64,000 nt of DNA. It comes from Escherichia phage vB_EcoP_SU10. The position numbers were made by a program, and so were the translations under genes. A model generated the notes under the pieces. The model worked only from the letters and a program-made list of their open reading frames with translations. It made no database searches and was not told where the DNA came from. This document shows, in pieces, positions 1 through 9,641 of the stretch. The DNA lies in the sequence record NC_027395.1. One strand, given 5' to 3'. Each line of letters opens with the position of its first letter. The first letter of the stretch is position 1.

Positions 1-1
1 T

Positions 2-1042
2 CCAGTGGGGGCTGGAGGTAAATACATATCCACAAACTTTGACGCATCGCGTTCCAGTCCTATTTATGGTCGCTCCACTGATGAGATTCTGACCCGTAAC
101 TTTGTTGGTGTTTGGACTATCCGTGCTCATGGTGGTTTTGTAGCAGCTAATACTTCTTGGTCTGTTATCAACAGGGACAGCGCAGCTCCGGCTTTAAACA
201 CTTCTGTAGTTGGTGGTAAGGTGGAATCTAAATACACTAACCCAACCTCCTCTCAATATGCTCGTATGTATATTTCCTCTTCTTGGGGGAGTGTTTGTTC
301 TGCCGTGATTGAAGCACAAGGTACAAGTACTCACGCTTATAAGTTTTATGAGGATGGCACTGTTGATTTTAGGCAGTCTGGTAAGACAAACCCATTCCGC
401 ATGTACACACCAACTGGAATTTGGACTGGACTGACGGATGCGGGGCCAAACAATTTAACCACCAATGGAATGGATAGGGTGGCGATTTCTAGTGGCTCTG
501 ACACAGTGGTGCGTGGGTACTCTATTGGAGGATCTAAACCTAATGGTTATCCAACCAAGGTTGGGCATCATATGTATTTGCCGGGAAATGACGCCTTCGG
601 TATCGCCTGTACAACTATTGGAGGAGACAACGGAAGGTTCTGTCGATATTTTTACGACATAGACGGGCAGATGTATGGCTCAACTGATTATGGAAACTTT
701 AGCTATACAAAGAGTGGTGTCTCGGATGAAAACCTGAAACATAACATTGTTGATATTGATGCAGAAAGAGCTATTGAAGTAATAAAAGGACTGAAGTTCA
801 AATCCTTTGTTTACAACGATGATGAGAAGAATCGATCTCGTCGTGGTATCATTGCACAGCAGGCAGAGACGGTAGAACCTCTGTATGTTAAGACTCGCAA
901 ATACCCAGGAATGGAGAAAGGCTCTCCAGAAATTGAGCAGAAAGAGCTAGACACTACTCCAATGCTCCTTGACACTATGCAAGTAGTTCAAGATCTTCTG
1001 AAGCGTATTGAAGTTCTGGAATCGAAGTTAGCAGAGAAGTAA
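2..1042 (+). CDS. tail fibre/tailspike protein, C-terminal part with intramolecular chaperone (peptidase S74-like) domain; gene starts upstream of window
   Basis: Frame open from window edge (track 5..1042); C-terminal SDENLKHNIVDIDAERAIEV...RRGIIAQQAETVEPLYV resembles self-cleaving chaperone domains of endosialidases and phage tail fibres. Confidence 0.6.
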   Translation, partial: PVGAGGKYISTNFDASRSSPIYGRSTDEILTRNFVGVWTIRAHGGFVAANTSWSVINRDSAAPALNTSVVGGKVESKYTNPTSSQYARMYISSSWGSVCSAVIEAQGTSTHAYKFYEDGTVDFRQSGKTNPFRMYTPTGIWTGLTDAGPNNLTTNGMDRVAISSGSDTVVRGYSIGGSKPNGYPTKVGHHMYLPGNDAFGIACTTIGGDNGRFCRYFYDIDGQMYGSTDYGNFSYTKSGVSDENLKHNIVDIDAERAIEVIKGLKFKSFVYNDDEKNRSRRGIIAQQAETVEPLYVKTRKYPGMEKGSPEIEQKELDTTPMLLDTMQVVQDLLKRIEVLESKLAEK

Positions 1043-1045
1043 GAT

Positions 1046-1063
1046 AAGCCCCTTCGGGGGCTT
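1046..1063 (+). terminator. stem-loop after tail fibre gene (possible terminator or RNA-stabilising hairpin)
   Basis: AAGCCCC-TTCG-GGGGCTT perfect 7-bp stem directly after stop codon; weak T tract. Confidence 0.4.
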
Positions 1064-1134
1064 TAGTAGTAAGTACCCTTAGTAAGTAATGAAACTAATA
1101 TATCCCAAGAGGTTAATATATAGGAGACACTCAA

Positions 1135-1353
1135 ATGAAAATGATGAAACAAGCTGCATATGGTTTAATATGTTTAGGCGCAGGTGTTGTGGTATCCACC
1201 GCAGTTCCTGTAGGCGCAGTTCATCCATTAGTAACTGTCCCTGCTCCAGTAGAGAAGCTCAGCTCTCAATGTAAGCAGAGAACAATTCAAAATAACTTAG
1301 TTGTTATTTGCCCTGATGCTGAATCTAACGCTCTGAGAAAGATACTACCTTAA
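1135..1353 (+). CDS. small membrane protein, holin candidate
   Basis: 72 aa, one hydrophobic segment (AAYGLICLGAGVVVSTAVPVGAV), AGGAGA RBS, immediately upstream of endolysin. Confidence 0.4.
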   Translation: MKMMKQAAYGLICLGAGVVVSTAVPVGAVHPLVTVPAPVEKLSSQCKQRTIQNNLVVICPDAESNALRKILP

Positions 1354-1382
1354 TTTAAAGGGACTACAAAAGGAGGTTAGAA

Positions 1383-1874
1383 ATGGATAACGTCGCATTG
1401 CCACCTGTACAACTAAACTTAAGCCCAGCTGGAATGGAATTCATCATGAAGCATGAGGGTATGAGAACAAAGGCTTATAAAGATTCCGCAGGTATCTGGA
1501 CGATATGTGTAGGGGCTACGCGCGATATGAATGGTTATCCGGTTAGACAAGGATTAACGTATTCTATAGAGGATTGTCTAGCTCTGCTAGATAGAGACAC
1601 ACAAGACTCTGTTCGTGCTACTCAGAAGAACATAAAGGTTCCTTTACTAGTTCATGAGTTTGATGCACTCACTTCTTTCAACTTCAATGTTGGCAGTGGG
1701 GCTTTGAGCACATCTAAGTTAAGGAAGGTTATCAATGGAGAAGTGAAAGGGGATGTTTATTCCGAATTTCTTCGTTGGGATAAAATAACGGTCAGGGGAG
1801 AAAAGCAGAGAAGTCAGGGTCTTCATAACAGAAGGGTTGCAGAAGCTGATCTTTACACTGAAGGTAAATATTAA
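1383..1874 (+). CDS. endolysin, GH24-type phage lysozyme
   Basis: HEGMRTKAYKDSAGIWTICVGAT matches the catalytic Glu/beta-hairpin region of T4/P22-type lysozymes; strong RBS AAAGGAGG. Confidence 0.75.
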   Translation: MDNVALPPVQLNLSPAGMEFIMKHEGMRTKAYKDSAGIWTICVGATRDMNGYPVRQGLTYSIEDCLALLDRDTQDSVRATQKNIKVPLLVHEFDALTSFNFNVGSGALSTSKLRKVINGEVKGDVYSEFLRWDKITVRGEKQRSQGLHNRRVAEADLYTEGKY

Positions 1875-1886
1875 TGGAGGTGCCTT

Positions 1887-2690
1887 TTGGCTATCGAAAC
1901 TAATGCGGTAGTTATTACCGACTTAAACCCGCTCTATCCTAGAGACAGGGATTACATCTACGAAGGGGCGGCTCAAATCCGCCTCATTAAGCAAACGTTA
2001 CAGAACACATTCCCCAATGTTACAGAACCGGTTGATATAGATTCTGACACCTTTAAGATTATGTCAGAGAAGCTCAAGTTTACTGGTGATGCAATGGATG
2101 TTGGTGGTCTTATGATCAAGAACGTTACTCCGGGAACTGGTGACAAGGATGTTGTTACTAAAGGCCAGATGGAAGCGTTCATGAAGAACTGGATGGAGAA
2201 TAAGCTCTATCGAATTGGTTCTTACTACATCACTGAAGAAGATATTAACCCCGGTGATTCCATCTCCTTAGGGTTTGGCTCTTGGGCTAAAGTGACTGGT
2301 GTTATCATGGGTACTGGTGTAGTAAACCCTGATGGTTCTGTCCCTAATGCTCAGAGAGTTGAGTTCCAAGCAGGTGGTACTGGTGGTCGTGTCTTCAATA
2401 CTATTCGAACTGAGAACGTACCTTTGATGACAGTTAATGGCTCCAGCTTCTCTCTATCCAGTAATACTCATAGTCACAATATGGTGTTTGGTCGTGGAGA
2501 TGCTAGTGGTCATAACAGCTCACCAAACTGGTATAGTCCGGGTGGTGGTTACAGCCAGAGAACTGATAATGACACACATACTCATACAATCTCTGGTAGT
2601 GTAAGTCTTGGTCGTGATGATATTTCTCGTCAACCTATTAACACTTTGCCACCATTCAGAGCAGCTCACATTTGGAGACGTATTAGCTAA
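1887..2690 (+). CDS. virion structural protein, function unknown
   Basis: 267-aa ORF with TTG start 6 nt after GGAGG, inside the structural gene block. Confidence 0.5.
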   Translation: MAIETNAVVITDLNPLYPRDRDYIYEGAAQIRLIKQTLQNTFPNVTEPVDIDSDTFKIMSEKLKFTGDAMDVGGLMIKNVTPGTGDKDVVTKGQMEAFMKNWMENKLYRIGSYYITEEDINPGDSISLGFGSWAKVTGVIMGTGVVNPDGSVPNAQRVEFQAGGTGGRVFNTIRTENVPLMTVNGSSFSLSSNTHSHNMVFGRGDASGHNSSPNWYSPGGGYSQRTDNDTHTHTISGSVSLGRDDISRQPINTLPPFRAAHIWRRIS

Positions 2691-2699
2691 GGAGGAATT

Positions 2700-5600
2700 A
2701 TGGCGCTGTATCCAATAAAGTCACTAGGTGCTGTAGGCGTTATCGCTGACCAAGCTCCGACAGACTTAGCTCCTAATGCTTTCACTAATGCTATAAATGC
2801 TCGATTTGTTGAGCAGAGAGTATTTAAGACGGGGGGCAATGCCCCTCTTTCTTATGTAGATGAAGATAAGGATTTAACCCCTCTGTCTTTCGTTTCTATG
2901 CCTTTCGATTATTATAGCGCAGGTAATAGCTTTCTTGTTGTAGGTACTAATAAGAAGTTATATAAACTGACAGATGAAAGCTTGACTGATATTAGCCGTA
3001 AGGTTGCTACAGTCACTAAGAAGGCTTCTGCCTCAATTAAGATTTATCCAGTTGTTTCTCAGATCGTTCCTAAAGAATCAACTATCTCAATGAACTTCAA
3101 TCAGACCAAGAATCTAGAGGTTTCTCTTCTCCCTGCTGATGCTAACAATACCAATCTTATTTGGGAGGTTAGTAACTCATCCTATGGAAGTATTACGGTA
3201 GACCCTAGTGACTCTAAACTTGCTACTCTAACATCTTTTGAGAAAGAGGGTAATCTTGTAGTAACTATCTCTACTGCCAATGAATCCGTAGTGGCTCAGA
3301 TTGCTGTTAATATCATCGATGGTGATTCAGGCATCTTCTTGAGTCAAGATACTGTTACAATTCGTAAAGGAGGGACTACTACTCTCACGGCTGTTACTGG
3401 TAAAACTCCTGTAACTTGGTCCAGCAATAATGCTTCTATTGTATCCGTAACCCCTAACGCCAACTCTTTAACTGCTGTCATTACAGCGAACGGAGAAGGT
3501 AATGTAACAATCACTGCTGATAACGGGACTAAGACTGCTTCTTGTGAGATTGTTTCTATCCCTCAGATTGATAGTATCTCTTTAAGCCAGTCAGATGTTA
3601 CTGTGAGTAGAGGTTCTCAGTATATTTTAACTGCCACCCTTTCTCCTGCTAACGCCCCTAATCAAAATATTACTTGGACCTCTTCTAACCCAAATATTGC
3701 AACAGTATCAGGGACTAGCACACAAGGGACGATCAACGCTCTGCTTGCTGGTTTTACTGAGATTACAGCTACCACTGAAGAAGGTAACAGAGTTGCTGTC
3801 TGTACTGTACGTGTGGATTTAGCTGGAAGGACAATGAGAACAAGTGCTATGGCATTTGCCGCTCCTGTGTCAGAGTCAGTAGAAACTCAAGAGGAAGAAG
3901 TAGTAACTCCTCCTGAAAGTGAAGAGACGGTTTATTTTGCTGAGCCTACATCCGGTATTGATACGTCAGGGATGTATGAAGGTAACAACTTCTATGACTA
4001 CTCTAACGTGAATGATATTGAAGGTTTTGCAAGAGCTTCTTTACTGGCAACCCCTTTGTCATCTGTAACCTTAGATATTGTCAGCGCTTCTCTTGATGTT
4101 GGTGAAGAGATTGTCATTACAGCCACAGCTTCTCCAGAAGGTGAGTACTCTTATCAGTGGTCTGTTGATAAAACTGGTTATGTTTCTACAACTTCAGTTA
4201 CTGGTAAATCTATCAAACTGGTTGCTCTTCGTAAAGGAGAGATTAACGTAACATGTACTGTCAGTCAGATGACTCAGAAAGATTACGATGCTTTTGATGA
4301 CTATCCTTGGTATCACGCTGTTATCTCTAACTGTGCAGTTGCTACAACTCACTATGAAACTCCTCAGGTAAAAGAATTCGAATCAGAATACTTTGTAGAC
4401 CTTCCGGGGTGGGGTGAGCAAACAGTTGTTGATAACGATGGAAACCCTTCAGTCAAGAAGTTTAACTGGAAATGTGAAAGAGTAAGATCTTTTAACAACC
4501 GTCTTTTTGCTCTGAATATGAGAGAAGCTAATGCTTCTGGTGTTACCACTAACTATCCGCTTCGTCTTCGTTGGTCTAACTTTGCCAATGAGAACAAGGC
4601 TCCTACACTGTGGGATGACTTTGCCTATGATCGAGTTGTGTCTTCGGACTTAGCTTCTAACATCGTAGGGCAGACTCAGGCTCTAGAGAATGGGTATGCT
4701 GGTTACATTGACTTAGCAGATTCTAATGGTAGCTTGATTGATATCCTACCTCTTAAGGATTACTTGTTCGTTTATACAGAGTTTGAAACGTATATTGGTT
4801 CTCCGACTAATAACACGTACCAACCTCTAATGTTCAAGAAGCTCTTTAACGACTCTGGTATCCTTGCTCCCGAGTGTGTGGTTGAAGTAGAAGGTAGTCA
4901 CTTCGTAGTTACTCAGAACGATGTAATCTTACACAATGGTGCAACCAAGAAATCAATTGCATCTAACCGTGTTAAGAATATGTTGATTAATGAGGTGTGT
5001 CTGGTTAACCCTCTAGCAACTCGAGTACACTTGCATCAGGATAAGAAAGAAGTTTGGGTTCTGTACGTAGGTCCGGGAGAACCAAAAGAAAGCTTCGCTT
5101 GTACTAAAGCTGCTGTATGGAATTATGAGTTTGATACTTGGTCTTTCCGTACTATTCCATATGCTCAGTGTATCGGTCTTGTTGATCCTCCTGTTTTAGA
5201 AAGAGGTCCAATCTGGTCTGACTTCCAAGAAATCACTTGGGATGACCCATCTATTAAAGAACTCGTTTGGAGAAAGGATGCAACAAACTTTAGACAGAGG
5301 GTTACGATAGTAGGTTCATTCTTGAAGGGATTCTATCAAGTGGATGTAGGTGCTCTTGATTATTTCTATGACAGGCTAAACGATGTTGTTATAGAGAAGC
5401 CTCTGGAAATGAGGTTGGAGAGGACTGGTATAGATTTTGATAATGTGACTAATGAGTGGAATCAGAAGCATATTAACAGGTTCCGGCCTCAGACAACCGG
5501 TTCAGGTACTTACATATTTGAAGCTGGTGGTAGTCAATTCTCAAATGAATATGGACACCCACACACATCGAAGACTTATACAATTGGTGTTGACAGGCAT

Positions 5601-5717
5601 GTCTCGGTGAGACTGAACCATCCATACCTTTTCTATAATGTTATAGATAATGATGTTAACAGTAATGCTGCTATCAATGGTTTAACGATAGAGTTTGCTG
5701 TTGGCGGGCGGAGATAA
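2700..5717 (+). CDS. large tail-associated protein with tandem Ig-like (Big_2-type) domains
   Basis: 1005 aa; repeated ~80-aa segments ending ...VTISTANESVVAQIAV / VTITADNGTKTASCEIV / TEITATTEEGNRVAVCTV typical of bacterial Ig-like domains; RBS AAGGAGG. Confidence 0.55.
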   Translation: MALYPIKSLGAVGVIADQAPTDLAPNAFTNAINARFVEQRVFKTGGNAPLSYVDEDKDLTPLSFVSMPFDYYSAGNSFLVVGTNKKLYKLTDESLTDISRKVATVTKKASASIKIYPVVSQIVPKESTISMNFNQTKNLEVSLLPADANNTNLIWEVSNSSYGSITVDPSDSKLATLTSFEKEGNLVVTISTANESVVAQIAVNIIDGDSGIFLSQDTVTIRKGGTTTLTAVTGKTPVTWSSNNASIVSVTPNANSLTAVITANGEGNVTITADNGTKTASCEIVSIPQIDSISLSQSDVTVSRGSQYILTATLSPANAPNQNITWTSSNPNIATVSGTSTQGTINALLAGFTEITATTEEGNRVAVCTVRVDLAGRTMRTSAMAFAAPVSESVETQEEEVVTPPESEETVYFAEPTSGIDTSGMYEGNNFYDYSNVNDIEGFARASLLATPLSSVTLDIVSASLDVGEEIVITATASPEGEYSYQWSVDKTGYVSTTSVTGKSIKLVALRKGEINVTCTVSQMTQKDYDAFDDYPWYHAVISNCAVATTHYETPQVKEFESEYFVDLPGWGEQTVVDNDGNPSVKKFNWKCERVRSFNNRLFALNMREANASGVTTNYPLRLRWSNFANENKAPTLWDDFAYDRVVSSDLASNIVGQTQALENGYAGYIDLADSNGSLIDILPLKDYLFVYTEFETYIGSPTNNTYQPLMFKKLFNDSGILAPECVVEVEGSHFVVTQNDVILHNGATKKSIASNRVKNMLINEVCLVNPLATRVHLHQDKKEVWVLYVGPGEPKESFACTKAAVWNYEFDTWSFRTIPYAQCIGLVDPPVLERGPIWSDFQEITWDDPSIKELVWRKDATNFRQRVTIVGSFLKGFYQVDVGALDYFYDRLNDVVIEKPLEMRLERTGIDFDNVTNEWNQKHINRFRPQTTGSGTYIFEAGGSQFSNEYGHPHTSKTYTIGVDRHVSVRLNHPYLFYNVIDNDVNSNAAINGLTIEFAVGGRR

Positions 5718-5721
5718 CAAC

Positions 5722-5750
5722 AAGGGGCTTCGTGCCCCTTTTATTGTTTT
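5722..5750 (+). terminator. intrinsic terminator
   Basis: AAGGGGC-TTCGT-GCCCCTT hairpin followed by TTATTGTTTT, directly after stop of 2700..5717. Confidence 0.55.
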
Positions 5751-5760
5751 GGAGGAACTT

Positions 5761-6729
5761 ATGGGTGCAGGTGGTTTTCGTAAGAATACTGGTCGCAACA
5801 ACACCACACTCCCGTACAACGTTGGGTTTCTCAATAATGTACAGGACACAGAAACATATAACGTAGCCGTGTATGATGAATTACAAAAAGTTAGCACAGC
5901 TACTAACCAAATGTTCCAAGCTATAGATGAAATTCACGAAGAGATTGATGTTCGTATTAAAGCTCTTAATGCAATGAATCTACAATTTGATGAGCTTGAG
6001 AATAGAATTACTACAGAGATAGAAACAGCTATTGCAGATATCCAAACCCAGATGGGGAACCTGTCCACTGAGGACATTTGGGATAACTCTGTTCAACCTC
6101 CTGTAAAACTAGAAAGCACTGTATCTGGTTTTAAGACTAGCATCGAAGGCAACACAACTAAGATTCAGACAGTAGAAGGTATTGTTAATGATCAAGGTCA
6201 AGAGATTGCTCTTGTTCAGACAGAACTACAAAATATCAACGGAAGCCTCTCTCAGTATATGAAACTCTCTGAGTATGAAGCTACGTGGGGTGTTAACTCT
6301 ACAGTCAACGGAAGGTATGCTGGGGTCAAGTTAACTAACAATGGAACAAACAGTCAATTCCAAGTAACAGCTAACAAGTTTATTGTTGGTGATGGCAGCT
6401 CTGGTAACACACCTTTTGTGTTTGAGGGTGGTAGGGCTAGGATGGAATTCGCTGACATAAAGAACGTCAATATCACAACAGCTCAGATTGCTAACGCTAG
6501 AATCCAATGGGCACAGATCGATAACGTATCCATCTCCAATGCTCAGATTCAGAACTTGTCAGCGGATAAGATTACTGCTGGCTCTATGTGGGGTTCTAAC
6601 TGGAGACTTACTGTTGGTGGGGACTTTGTTATGGGTGGCACAGGTGGGGCACAATTGTGGATGAATGGTAACAGAATAGACTTCTACGATGGAAGCGGTG
6701 CTCTGAGAATCAGGATAGGGAGTTGGTAA
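5761..6729 (+). CDS. tail fibre protein
   Basis: Start at MGAGGFRKN with GGAGGA RBS (track start 5695 overlaps the terminator); coiled-coil N-half and repeats NVNITTAQIANARIQWAQIDNVSISNAQIQNLSADKI. Confidence 0.55.
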   Translation: MGAGGFRKNTGRNNTTLPYNVGFLNNVQDTETYNVAVYDELQKVSTATNQMFQAIDEIHEEIDVRIKALNAMNLQFDELENRITTEIETAIADIQTQMGNLSTEDIWDNSVQPPVKLESTVSGFKTSIEGNTTKIQTVEGIVNDQGQEIALVQTELQNINGSLSQYMKLSEYEATWGVNSTVNGRYAGVKLTNNGTNSQFQVTANKFIVGDGSSGNTPFVFEGGRARMEFADIKNVNITTAQIANARIQWAQIDNVSISNAQIQNLSADKITAGSMWGSNWRLTVGGDFVMGGTGGAQLWMNGNRIDFYDGSGALRIRIGSW

Positions 6730-6730
6730 T

Positions 6731-7762
6731 ATGGCATACGGAATATGGACACAACCAGTAGGGCCGGGGCCAGCAATCCCCGCTCCCTTATTTATTGATA
6801 GCGGAAGCACTTTCCCTCAGTTCAAGAATAGTATAAGAGGGAGTTTTAACTTTAATGGGGCTGGGAGATCTTTCCCTATTAGTGGATGGGATGGCAGTGG
6901 TCAGATAGTTATTGTTCCTACCGGTTCTTTATGCTGGCAATGGGAAGTCCCTCCTAACCTAGTTCCTGATGTTTATTGTGTGAATAATATCTACGTAGAA
7001 AACAGTTCCTCTTTTAGAGTTACTCTGAATCAGAACCCCGGCAGGAACCCCTTATTTGACTGTGGGTTCAACGTATATCAAATATGGCCTAGAGCGGATA
7101 GGAATTACGGAATTACCTTTTCTAATACAGCAGACTACTTCTCGATATCTGATAGTGGGGTCGTCGGTCAATGTATTTGGGCTTGGCAGGGGACCATAAA
7201 CAATGCCCTTCAGATACCAAATATCGGTGGGTTCAATATGACCAATGCTGTTGTGTTTGCTAATTGGTCTGATGGAGGGATAGGACTATCTTATACCTCT
7301 GATGACAGGGTTATTCGTGTTTATCAGAACAGACCTTACATAAACGGCAACACTAACGAGGGTGGTTCTGTGTTTGCTAGAGTTGCAGTATTCTGCAATG
7401 GAGCAGGAGTTCCGGAACATAATGGAGGTTTGAATATTTATTCTCCGGGTACCACGCAATGTGTCTTCTCTACTAACAGAACACCTTTCACTGTGGATAC
7501 TTTTATAGGCTCAGGAGGTGGTAACACTGGAATGACATACCCTATGATACCTCTTACCTCTGGAATAGGTGCGATAAAAGGCCGAGGCAGTGGATGGAGA
7601 TATCAGCAAATGAGATCTCACACCATGAGTGGTTCTACGATAGGAACGGGCTATGGAAGGTATTTATTTCAGTGGAATCAGAATTACGACCTAGGAGCTG
7701 ATACTGTAGTTAATTTATCAGTTCCTGTAATAAATGCAGCTAAGGTTTTTGCTGGACTATAA
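6731..7762 (+). CDS. tail fibre / receptor-binding protein candidate
   Basis: 343-aa Gly/Asn/Ser/Thr-rich ORF directly following tail fibre gene. Confidence 0.4.
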   Translation: MAYGIWTQPVGPGPAIPAPLFIDSGSTFPQFKNSIRGSFNFNGAGRSFPISGWDGSGQIVIVPTGSLCWQWEVPPNLVPDVYCVNNIYVENSSSFRVTLNQNPGRNPLFDCGFNVYQIWPRADRNYGITFSNTADYFSISDSGVVGQCIWAWQGTINNALQIPNIGGFNMTNAVVFANWSDGGIGLSYTSDDRVIRVYQNRPYINGNTNEGGSVFARVAVFCNGAGVPEHNGGLNIYSPGTTQCVFSTNRTPFTVDTFIGSGGGNTGMTYPMIPLTSGIGAIKGRGSGWRYQQMRSHTMSGSTIGTGYGRYLFQWNQNYDLGADTVVNLSVPVINAAKVFAGL

Positions 7763-7774
7763 CAAGGAGATATT

Positions 7775-8557
7775 ATGGCAATTAATATGGGTATTGAAGA
7801 ACTAGACCCAATGGTTCAACAGGCTTCAAAGAAGTATGGGATTCCTGCTGCTTTGATTCATGCTGTAATCCAAAGAGAGTCTAGTGGTCGTCCTACAGTA
7901 GCCTCTGGAACTGGTCCTGTAGGTTTAATGCAGATCAGTAAAGGGTTGGCTAAAGACTACGGTTACAAACTAGAAGACAGACTTGACCCAGCAAAGAATA
8001 TTGATATGGGTGCTCGTTATATTCGAGATAACTTAAAGGCTTTTAATGGTGATGTTAAGAAAGCAATGGTTGGTTATTCAGAAGGTATTGGTGGAGCTAA
8101 GCAAATGTTCGCTGGTAAAAAGGGATTTACACCTCAAGCCCTTGACTCAATGAACAACAAACACTTTCTTCCTTTCTATGGTGATGCAGCTTCTCAGATT
8201 GCTAACCCTGTTGGAGCTTTGCAAGCTGTTCAACCAGTCAACCAGTTTAGTTCTGACTTACTAGACAGAGAGAAAGCCGCACAAGCTCCAACTCAGGCAG
8301 AGATTGCTGCTTCTAAGACAGGTGCTTTAGGCGGAAATCCAGTAGAGTTTTACTCTGATGAAGTGCAGGAAGGCGAAAACCAGAAACCTCAACAGAACTT
8401 TGGTAATGCAGTATTAGGGGTAGCTGCTATGCTTGCTGGTAAACCTCCCACTTCTCAAACAGTTCAGAGGGCAAGTGCACCACATGCAGCAGGTTCTCAG
8501 TACAGTCCACAAACACAAGCAGTGCTCAGACGTTTGGCTAGCATTGGTGTAAAGTAA
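7775..8557 (+). CDS. virion-associated lytic transglycosylase (SLT domain)
   Basis: QRESSGRPTVASGTGPVGLMQIS matches the catalytic E-S ... GLMQ motif of soluble lytic transglycosylases; RBS AAGGAGA. Confidence 0.7.
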   Translation: MAINMGIEELDPMVQQASKKYGIPAALIHAVIQRESSGRPTVASGTGPVGLMQISKGLAKDYGYKLEDRLDPAKNIDMGARYIRDNLKAFNGDVKKAMVGYSEGIGGAKQMFAGKKGFTPQALDSMNNKHFLPFYGDAASQIANPVGALQAVQPVNQFSSDLLDREKAAQAPTQAEIAASKTGALGGNPVEFYSDEVQEGENQKPQQNFGNAVLGVAAMLAGKPPTSQTVQRASAPHAAGSQYSPQTQAVLRRLASIGVK

Positions 8558-8576
8558 TAATCTTTAAGGAGGACTT

Positions 8577-9629
8577 ATGTCTTTATTTGGAAAATCAGCT
8601 TCTAGCAAAACCACAGTGGCCCCTTCCTCTCAGGTTGATGCCCTGCTGAAGCAGATTGTTGCTAATGCTCAGAATATGCAGAACAACGATCCGGGATTCA
8701 TCTCCCAACAGCTGGCTGGGTTTAATGGCAACCAACAAGGTGCTCTGAACAACTTAGCAGCTTCTACTACTCAGAAGAAACTAGATGATATGTATACACC
8801 ACGTACACAGCAAGGGTTGGACCAATTAAACGCTCTTGCCCAGCAGTATCAGAATATTGTTAATGGTGGTGGAGTAACAGCTGAAGGGGTTAATAACTTT
8901 AGTAAAGGTTTGAATAACTCAGCCCTTGCACAAGCTACTATCAAAGCAGCTTCTAACATCTCTCTTGGCAATGGTTCTGACTCTGGCTCTCTCCGTAGGG
9001 CTGCGGCTCAAGGGGCTGCTTTGAATGGCGCTAACACTAACCTGTCTCGTACTATCAGTGGTAAGAATATGGGTGTAAGTGCTCTGCAACAAGATCAGAA
9101 CTTCCAGAGAGGGTTGCTTGGTGCTCAGTCTGGTTTAGCTGGACAGAACCTCAATCTTGGTGCTCAAGGCGTTCAGGCAACTCAACAAGCTATTCAGAAT
9201 CAGCTGATGGCTGGTAATCTGCAACAGCAACAAGCTCAAGCTCAAGCTGATATTAATTGGCAGAACGCTATTGGCTCTCAGCAGTATGGGTGGAATCAGC
9301 TTAACAACCAACTTAATGTATTAAATAGTGTAAGCCCAATGGCTGGGTATACAATTAAGAATGCTGCTCCGGGGGTTAATACTGGACAACAGCTCCTAGG
9401 TGCTGGTATCACTGGTTTAGGTATTGCAGGTCGTATGGGTGCTTTCTCTCCTAACCAACAGACTCAGAATGCTTGGAGTTCCTATAACAACTCAGGTGGG
9501 CAATCTGGAATGGCTGGTCCTATGATTGGAGGTTCTAATCTTTCTCAACAGAGAGGTCAGTCTAACTGGTTATCCACAGCAGGTAGTAATATCTTAGGTG
9601 GTGTCTTAGGGGCATTTGGAGCAAACTAA
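8577..9629 (+). CDS. Gln/Asn/Gly-rich virion protein (paralog A), internal/ejection protein candidate
   Basis: Low-complexity Q/N/G-rich 350 aa; N-terminus MSLFGKSASSKTT and GFNGNQQGALNNLAAS parallel the next gene. Confidence 0.5.
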   Translation: MSLFGKSASSKTTVAPSSQVDALLKQIVANAQNMQNNDPGFISQQLAGFNGNQQGALNNLAASTTQKKLDDMYTPRTQQGLDQLNALAQQYQNIVNGGGVTAEGVNNFSKGLNNSALAQATIKAASNISLGNGSDSGSLRRAAAQGAALNGANTNLSRTISGKNMGVSALQQDQNFQRGLLGAQSGLAGQNLNLGAQGVQATQQAIQNQLMAGNLQQQQAQAQADINWQNAIGSQQYGWNQLNNQLNVLNSVSPMAGYTIKNAAPGVNTGQQLLGAGITGLGIAGRMGAFSPNQQTQNAWSSYNNSGGQSGMAGPMIGGSNLSQQRGQSNWLSTAGSNILGGVLGAFGAN

Positions 9630-9641
9630 AGGAGATTTGAT

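Noticed and set aside
1973-4549. Minus-strand ORFs 1973..2182 and 4364..4549 inside plus-strand structural genes
   Set aside because: Fully nested antisense within long, well-supported ORFs; no RBS.
5695-5760. Track start of the tail fibre ORF at 5695
   Set aside because: It overlaps the stop of the previous gene and the terminator hairpin; the GGAGGA-preceded ATG at 5761 is the plausible start.
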